Shown piece after piece: positions 58,564 through 64,000 of a stretch of DNA of 64,000 nucleotides. A program made the translations under genes and the position numbers. Source of the DNA: Candidatus Doudnabacteria bacterium (GTDB lineage: Bacteria; Patescibacteriota; Doudnabacteria; UBA920); NCBI GenBank assembly GCA_003151625.1, contig PLYC01000021.1, positions 80,235 through 144,234 on the forward strand, read 5' to 3'. Each line of letters starts with the position of its first letter. The stretch's first letter is position 1. The notes beneath the pieces were generated by a model. The model was not told the DNA's origin. It did not search any database and was given only the letters and a program-made list of their open reading frames with translations.

Positions 58564-59331
58564 ATGGTCAACGACCTGCTTAAACAATTAGGTTTTGGCG
58601 ATAAAGAAATAACTATTTATTTAACGTTGCTCCAACACGGGAAACTATCCCCCGCTTCTTTAGCCAAGATAGTAAAACTAAACCGCACCACAGTTTACAG
58701 TATTGCCAAGGAACTGGCGGCCAAAGGAGTAATTGCGGAAGATATTGGCAGCGCCAGTATGTTATTGGTTGCTAAACCGCCGCAAGATTTATCTTTACTT
58801 GCGGAAAAAGAGGAAAAGCAGCTGGAAGAAAAAAGGGCCATAATAAAAAACGTCGTGGAGGAACTCCAGACAATTGCCAAACCAACGCAATACACGGTTC
58901 CAAAAATTGTTTTTGTTGCCCAAGATGAGGTAAATAACCACCTTTACACCCAAACGCCGGTTTGGGATAAAAGCATTTTGGAATACGACGGCACCTGGTG
59001 GGGTTTTCAGGACCATACTTTTGTGCAAGATTACGAAAAATGGATAGACTGGTACTGGGAAAAAGGTTCCAATCCCAAAACCAAATTAAAACTGCTCAGC
59101 AATGAAACCGCGGAGCAAATAAAAAAGAAAAAATTTGAGCGCAGGCAAATCCGCTTTTGGAGCCAAAGCCACAACTTCCAGGCTACCACCTGGATACTCG
59201 GTGATTACGTAGTAATGATTGTTACCAACCAAAAGCCCCACTACCTGGTGGAAATCCACGACAAAATTCTCGCCCACGATATGCGCGAAGTGTTTAAAGG
59301 AATTTGGAATACGCAAATTGAGCCAAAATAA
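58564..59331 (+). CDS. TrmB-family winged-helix transcriptional regulator (paralog 3)
   Basis: LGFGDKEITIYLTLLQHGKLSPASLAKIVKLNRTTVYSIAKEL wHTH. Same architecture as the other two paralogs. Confidence 0.6.
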   Translation: MVNDLLKQLGFGDKEITIYLTLLQHGKLSPASLAKIVKLNRTTVYSIAKELAAKGVIAEDIGSASMLLVAKPPQDLSLLAEKEEKQLEEKRAIIKNVVEELQTIAKPTQYTVPKIVFVAQDEVNNHLYTQTPVWDKSILEYDGTWWGFQDHTFVQDYEKWIDWYWEKGSNPKTKLKLLSNETAEQIKKKKFERRQIRFWSQSHNFQATTWILGDYVVMIVTNQKPHYLVEIHDKILAHDMREVFKGIWNTQIEPK

Positions 59332-59367
59332 ACACTCATTTTATCTAATATCACAAAAGGAGGACCT

Positions 59368-59580
59368 ATGTCTGCATCGCACACCGCGCCCGAACCGGCA
59401 GAAGCCCCCATCGACAGCGATGGTTTCGTGCTTTGCCCAAATATCCAGCAGGGGATGTTTGTAAATTGGGGCACGATGTGTGCCCACAAAAAGAACGTCA
59501 ACGGCAAACCCGGGCGGTACACTTGCCAATCCTGCGGTAACGCTTTTTTGGCTCTCGCCGCCAAGGCCGCCAACGCCTGA
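59368..59580 (+). CDS. Small GC-rich Cys-containing protein (possible zinc ribbon)
   Basis: AAAGGAGG RBS 6 nt upstream. ..C..CAHKK..CQSCGN... 70 aa. Confidence 0.4.
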   Translation: MSASHTAPEPAEAPIDSDGFVLCPNIQQGMFVNWGTMCAHKKNVNGKPGRYTCQSCGNAFLALAAKAANA

Positions 59581-59663
59581 AGCACAACCACAAAAGGGCG
59601 ATACTACCGGACTACAGTCCCGTATGTATCGCCTTCGTTTTTATTTCAGTAAGAAAAAAATTT

Positions 59664-60392
59664 TTATCTTATTACTTTCCATTCCTTACTGTGGGATTTG
59701 TCAAAGACTGTGGCGTGGAGGGAGTTGGTAAACCATTCCCACAGGAGTTTTGGCCAGCCGATTTTGTGGGGGCGGCGGCCGGTATGGTAAATTAACAACT
59801 TTGGGTTGGTCTTGGTGCGGCCAATTTTGGAGATCCTGTAAAATAAATCTTTATCCTCACCTATGGTAAAGTGTTCCTTGTACCCGCCGAGTTTTCTAAA
59901 TACGTCGGCTTTAATCATTTGAAACTCGCCACAGGTTGCGCCGTACCCTAAAATGTTATTTTGAATATAAAACATCCAATCCGAAACCATAACATAGCCA
60001 AAATAATCCGCCCAAGTTTCCATTTCGGGAAAAACCCTGACCCAACCACTAAGACCCAATAAATCGGGATTGGTTTTAAAATCCTCAAGTGCCCGTGACA
60101 AAAATTTATCTGGCTCTGGAATATAAACATCGGCGTCCAAAAAAATCAGAAAATCCCCGCTGGCTACTTTGGCTCCCTGATTGCGGCCAATAGCAATGGT
60201 CTGTCGCTCTCCCGTCCTGTTCTCAACAATCTTGTCCGTATACTTTTTGGCAATGTCCAAAGTCTTGTCTTTACTGCCGCCGTCGGAAACAATAATTTCA
60301 TAATCAAACGCGGTTATTGTCCTAAGATTTTTTAAAATCTTTTCAATAACCAATTCTTCCTGCAGTGTGGGAATTATAAACGAAGGTTTCAT
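59664..60392 (-). CDS. Family 2 glycosyltransferase
   Basis: ..IIPTLQEE..YEIIVSDGGSKDKTLDIA..FLDADV.. (DxD). Confidence 0.8.
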   Translation of the reverse strand: MKPSFIIPTLQEELVIEKILKNLRTITAFDYEIIVSDGGSKDKTLDIAKKYTDKIVENRTGERQTIAIGRNQGAKVASGDFLIFLDADVYIPEPDKFLSRALEDFKTNPDLLGLSGWVRVFPEMETWADYFGYVMVSDWMFYIQNNILGYGATCGEFQMIKADVFRKLGGYKEHFTIGEDKDLFYRISKIGRTKTNPKLLIYHTGRRPHKIGWPKLLWEWFTNSLHATVFDKSHSKEWKVIR

Positions 60393-61000
60393 AATTTATT
60401 TTTAAGCAGCAGTGTTTTAAAATACCGGCCGCCGCCATAAAGCAGTCCAATCATTAGAATCGCCAGCCCGATTATAAACATGACTTTAAAGCCTTTGTTG
60501 AGTACGGCATAAAGATTACCAAAAAAATACCCCAAACCCAAAAGAATTCCGGTCCAAATAAATCCGCCCAAAAAATTAAACAGGGCGTATTTTTTAAACG
60601 GCACGCGGACAAGCCCGGCGGTAAACAATGTGGCGACCGCAAAACCAAACCCCATGGTAATTTTAGAAATGAACAAAATTTTGTCCTGATGCTTGTGAAA
60701 AAAAGTCTCAATTTTTTCCAGCACATCGGGGGTCAAGCTAAAATATTTGCCAAAACGATCCACAAAACTTCGCCCCCCATAAAAACCAACCCAGTACCAG
60801 GCTAAGTCGGCGGTAAAATCGCCGAGCATTAGGGACAGGTAAATGGGCCAAAAATAAAAAAAGTTCAGCCGTAATAAAATACCGCTGGCCACCATAACCA
60901 TGGGCCCTTCAACAATGGCTAAAACAAAAATTAATATATATCTGTAATACGACAACCCCGATAAAAACCCAGATAAAAAATTTTGAATATTCATAACCAC
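60389..61000 (-). CDS. DedA/VTT-family membrane protein
   Basis: ..AIVEGPMVMVASGILL.. and ..LGDFTADLAWYWVGFYGGRSFVDRFG.. are typical DedA. Confidence 0.75.
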   Translation of the reverse strand: MVMNIQNFLSGFLSGLSYYRYILIFVLAIVEGPMVMVASGILLRLNFFYFWPIYLSLMLGDFTADLAWYWVGFYGGRSFVDRFGKYFSLTPDVLEKIETFFHKHQDKILFISKITMGFGFAVATLFTAGLVRVPFKKYALFNFLGGFIWTGILLGLGYFFGNLYAVLNKGFKVMFIIGLAILMIGLLYGGGRYFKTLLLKNKL

Positions 61001-61015
61001 AATTAAAGGCTTCCA

Positions 61016-61432
61016 TTAAACCTCAACATAAATAGCGTAAACCACCCTCTTTCCCAACAATTCGTTTAGCGCCTCAATAATTCGCACGGCCATAAGCTTT
61101 ATTTTGTAGGCCGCTTCTCGGGACAAACAGGCCACAGTTAAAACCCCTTTATTAAAATCCACCGCCTGGGTCTTATCCTGATCTTCCTCTAAAAATCCAG
61201 AAATAACTTTTTGCCAATTTTTTAAGGTTTGATGGCGGTAAAGAGCGTTTTCCAGACAGTACTCCTTGGCGGTATTTTTTAAAAGCTTATCTATTGGGGT
61301 AAACCCCGTTAGAGAACAAAAGGAGGCCTTTGTTAACTTTCGGTTTCGTAATAATTCTTTTTCACTGCCATCTTCATTTTTGGCTTTCTCTGACGGGGTA
61401 AACCCCTTGCGAAAATTTTGTTTCGGAGGCAT
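61016..61432 (-). CDS. DUF721-family protein downstream of recF
   Basis: Gene-order context dnaN-recF-DUF721. ..EAAYKIKLMAVRIIEALNELLG.. C-terminal pattern. Confidence 0.55.
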   Translation of the reverse strand: MPPKQNFRKGFTPSEKAKNEDGSEKELLRNRKLTKASFCSLTGFTPIDKLLKNTAKEYCLENALYRHQTLKNWQKVISGFLEEDQDKTQAVDFNKGVLTVACLSREAAYKIKLMAVRIIEALNELLGKRVVYAIYVEV

Positions 61433-61473
61433 TTTAATGTTTTTAGTTTAATTAGACTTTTGCTGCCTAAGGC

Positions 61474-62568
61474 TTAACTCGCTTGCACTTCTTCTTCCTC
61501 CAGTGCCGGCGTTAAAGTTATGTGCTGAGCCGGCATTTCCAACGGGTGGGTGGTGGTAATAAACGTCTGAAATTTACCCTGCAAATATTTGAGCAAAAAT
61601 GTTCGGCGGGTTTCATCCAGCTCGGAGAGCACGTCGTCTAAAAGCAAGATTGGTTTCTCGTTGCCGTTGCTTAAATATTCCAGTTCCAGAATTTTTAAAG
61701 CCAGAACCTGGCTTCGCAGCTCGCCCCGCGAAGAAAACGGGGAAAGAAATAACCCGTCGCTCTTTAATAAAAAATCGTCGCGGTGGGGTCCGGCCAGACA
61801 GGTCGCCAAAAAAGCCTCTTTTTTTGCGACTGCCTCCAACTTCTCCTGGAAACTTTGCGCAATTTCCTCCAGGCTGTCGCCCTGCAAAGTATCATAGGCT
61901 ACTTCCACCGGACGGTGAAAACCGGAAATAGTTGTGTAAATTTCTGCAATACTGATATTTAAAAAACTAATTAGTTTTTTTCTTTCCAAAATTATAAAGC
62001 TTCCCAGGGCAATTAGTTGTTCATTCCACTCCGCCAAGTCTTCCCCTTGGCTTCTCCCGGCCTTAACATCCTGCAGCAGGCGCGTTTTTTGAAATAAAAC
62101 TTTTTTATATTTTCCCAACGCGTCCAAGTATTCCAGATTTTTTTGCGCTAAAACCATATTTAAATACTTACGGCGGGAGTCAGGCGACTTGGTAAACATA
62201 TCCACGTCTGTTGGATCAAAAATAACCACACTCAAAAAACCCTGGGCGTCCCGGCGCTTCTTTTTAACACCATCGATTAAAAAGTTGGCGTAAATTTTGT
62301 CGCGTTTTTCTAAAAATATCTCTAGTGTGTGCAACTCCCCCGCCTTTTCCAGCTCCAATTTTAACTCAAGGTTCAAAGCGTCTTTTAAAAAAATATATTC
62401 CGTGTCATCGCGAAAAGATTTAAACAGCGAAGCAAAATAAACAGACTCAAGCAGATTGGTCTTTCCCACAGCGTTTGGCCCAGTTAACACAACGGTATCG
62501 CTTTTAATCTCAATGTTTAAATCCGGATAATTTCTAAAGTTTTTAATTCCTATGCTTTTTATTCTCAT
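61474..62568 (-). CDS. recF: DNA replication and repair protein RecF
   Basis: MRIKSIGIKNFRNY.. and ..VVLTGPNAVGKTNLLESV.. Walker A. ..LLLDDVLSELD.. Walker B. Confidence 0.9.
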   Translation of the reverse strand: MRIKSIGIKNFRNYPDLNIEIKSDTVVLTGPNAVGKTNLLESVYFASLFKSFRDDTEYIFLKDALNLELKLELEKAGELHTLEIFLEKRDKIYANFLIDGVKKKRRDAQGFLSVVIFDPTDVDMFTKSPDSRRKYLNMVLAQKNLEYLDALGKYKKVLFQKTRLLQDVKAGRSQGEDLAEWNEQLIALGSFIILERKKLISFLNISIAEIYTTISGFHRPVEVAYDTLQGDSLEEIAQSFQEKLEAVAKKEAFLATCLAGPHRDDFLLKSDGLFLSPFSSRGELRSQVLALKILELEYLSNGNEKPILLLDDVLSELDETRRTFLLKYLQGKFQTFITTTHPLEMPAQHITLTPALEEEEVQAS

Positions 62569-62649
62569 ATTGTCCTCTAATCACAAATTTACACAAATAG
62601 GAACAAATAGAACCGCCTGATTTGCAGTATTTGTCTTTAATTTGTGATT

Positions 62650-62658
62650 TGTGGATAA
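62650..62658. promoter_or_regulatory. Perfect DnaA box (TGTGGATAA) in the recF-dnaN spacer
   Basis: Exact reverse complement of TTATCCACA. Confidence 0.5.
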
Positions 62659-63759
62659 TTAGCTTTTTATCGGCATTACTAAATAAATATAATCGTTTTT
62701 ATCTTCCGGTACAACCAAGCTTGGTGAATTGTCGTCAATCATTTTTATTACAACATTTGGTGAATCAATTCCACCCAAACAATCCAATAAATAATGGTGG
62801 TTTAACAGCAGGGAACCGCCAGCCCCTTCAATTTTCGCCGGTAGCTCAACCGAGCTCTTTCCCAAATCGGACGACTCTGCGGTTAAAACTATCTGTTGTT
62901 TTTCTTCAGAGAAAACCACACTTACACTATTGCTGTTCTGCCCAAAAATTGCTACCGCGCGCAGTGCGTTAACCAAAGGCGTCTTTTCTGTGGCCGCGGT
63001 GGTGGTAAAACTAGTGGGGATTATTTGCCTGTAGTCCGGGTACTGCCCGTCCACCAACCGGCTTATAACATGGGCTTCGTTGAAATCAACGGAAACCTGT
63101 GTTCCTGAAAACTGCATTTCCAGCGTTCCTTTTTGGTTACCAATAATTTTAGAGAGTTCCAAGCAGGTTTTTTGTGGAATTATTACTTCCTGGCTCTCGT
63201 TGTTGTTTTGTAAAACATCCATCTTTCTCTCCGCTAATCGGTAACGGTCGGTGGCGGCCACTCTTAAGCTGTTTTTCTCCCAGGCAAACAAAACCCCAGA
63301 AATCTCTGGTTGGGTCTGGTTAGTTGAAGCGGCAAAAACCACCTGATCAAGCACCCCCCTAAATATTTGGGCGTCTACTTTTAACACATTTTTCCCCTCC
63401 ACCTCCGGAATTAAAGGAAACTCCTCTGCGGGTAAGGTTTTTATGTTTGTGTGGTAATTTTCGGTTTCAATAAAAAGCTGTCCTTCTTTACTATAAAGGG
63501 TGATGTTTTTATTTGGTAGGTTGTTAACCAAATCTATTAAGATTTTACTAGCAACTGTTAAAGCACCATCCTCCTCCACCTTACACCTTATATTGTTGGT
63601 GGTAGCGATCTCTAGGTTTGTAGAAGAAACTTTTAATAACCCATTCTCTGTTTTTAAAAGAAGGTTGTTTAGGATTGGAAGTGTGTGGGAAGAGGAAATA
63701 ATTCTACCTACCACCAATAATCCGGATTTTAGATTTTCTTGTGTGCAGATTATTTTCAT
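62659..63759 (-). CDS. dnaN: DNA polymerase III beta sliding clamp
   Basis: MKIICTQENLKSGLLVVGRI..TLPILNNLLL.. is typical DnaN. 366 aa. Confidence 0.9.
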   Translation of the reverse strand: MKIICTQENLKSGLLVVGRIISSSHTLPILNNLLLKTENGLLKVSSTNLEIATTNNIRCKVEEDGALTVASKILIDLVNNLPNKNITLYSKEGQLFIETENYHTNIKTLPAEEFPLIPEVEGKNVLKVDAQIFRGVLDQVVFAASTNQTQPEISGVLFAWEKNSLRVAATDRYRLAERKMDVLQNNNESQEVIIPQKTCLELSKIIGNQKGTLEMQFSGTQVSVDFNEAHVISRLVDGQYPDYRQIIPTSFTTTAATEKTPLVNALRAVAIFGQNSNSVSVVFSEEKQQIVLTAESSDLGKSSVELPAKIEGAGGSLLLNHHYLLDCLGGIDSPNVVIKMIDDNSPSLVVPEDKNDYIYLVMPIKS

Positions 63760-64000
63760 GCGGTTAATAAATTAATCTTAAGTTTAAATAATTAATTATG
63801 TTAATAAGGGTGGTTGATTTGTGGATAAGGGTTAAAAGATAATAAAAGTTGCTGATTTTAAAATTAAGACTGTTGTTTTAATGGGGAGAAGTGTTGGGGG
63901 GTGGTGGAAAAAGGTTTATCGTTTTGGTTTGAGTGGGGGTGGTAATTGGTTATTAACCAACCCAGGTAATTATATAAACAGTTTATCCAAAATTAAATCC
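63760..64000. promoter_or_regulatory. oriC-like region upstream of dnaN with DnaA boxes
   Basis: Perfect TGTGGATAA at 63820-63828. TTATCCAAA (1 mismatch) at 63983-63991. AT-rich stretch. tggttattaaccaa palindrome at 63945-63958. Confidence 0.5.

Noticed and set aside
1-64000. Alternative genetic code (UGA = Gly, code 25) as used by some CPR lineages
   Set aside because: Large genes (rpoB 1165 aa, polA 940 aa, giant proteins) are uninterrupted under the standard code, and stops coincide with expected gene ends.
1-64000. CRISPR arrays and tRNA/rRNA genes
   Set aside because: No regularly spaced direct repeats of CRISPR type and no tRNA-like T-arm/acceptor pairs found by eye. A tRNAscan or Infernal run would be needed to be certain.

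Overview
This 64 kb window looks like a small, AT-moderate bacterial genome of candidate-phyla-radiation (Patescibacteria) type, read with the standard genetic code; an alternative code was considered and rejected. No tRNA, rRNA or CRISPR array was found. All GC and composition statements are by eye, not computed.

Housekeeping genes:
- rpoC (first 27 codons only, 1..80, -) and rpoB.
- rpsT, uvrB, ruvA, ruvB and polA.
- The murE/femAB cell-wall cluster, tsaE and a truncated tsaB.
- A replication-origin-proximal block dnaN-recF-DUF721 with perfect DnaA boxes at the window end.

Compositionally foreign, GC-rich insertions interrupt these genes:
- A small GC-rich DUF2934 gene plus a palindromic composite element sits inside the normally tight rpoB-rpoC spacer.
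- A ~9.3 kb GC-rich island (about 4985-14280) lies upstream of rpoB. Its core is a translationally coupled operon: Alba-like nucleic-acid-binding protein, MoxR-family AAA+ ATPase, DUF2201-type metallopeptidase-vWA protein, and a 146-aa protein. I interpret this as a candidate vWA-MoxR ternary conflict or regulatory system with an Alba-type third component.
- The island also holds three unrecognisable proteins, a ~2 kb ORF-poor stretch, and two diverged copies of a ~100 bp intergenic repeat.
- Smaller GC-rich patches encode an IS630-like transposase N-terminal remnant, three secreted beta-rich proteins and a small Cys-rich protein. Three TrmB-like wHTH regulator paralogs each sit beside one of these foreign patches.

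Repeat families recur throughout:
- Short GC-rich palindromes with a CCGCC-N3-GGCGG or CTCC..GGAG core, and a GGGGTGAGGG motif.
- These occur intergenically as terminator-like hairpins and also in frame inside coding sequences: polA (two sites, one directly before polymerase motif C), a Pif1-like helicase, murE (C-terminal extension), femAB, an HD hydrolase and a TrmB paralog. This resembles Rickettsia palindromic elements.

Other notable items:
- Two paralogous giant surface proteins (1668 and 1241 aa) with PKD and CARDB domains and a novel ~75-aa two-Cys repeat, driven by duplicated extended -10 promoters and adjacent to a PilB/GspE ATPase.
- A GxxExxY (PD-(D/E)XK) gene flanked by ~70 bp direct repeats, a cassette-like arrangement.
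- A RhuM-N/Doc-Fic protein next to a PUR-like DUF3276 protein.
- An 'AATATC'-box array immediately upstream of tsaE, ruvB and femAB.
- A 7-bp x4 tandem repeat inside polA.
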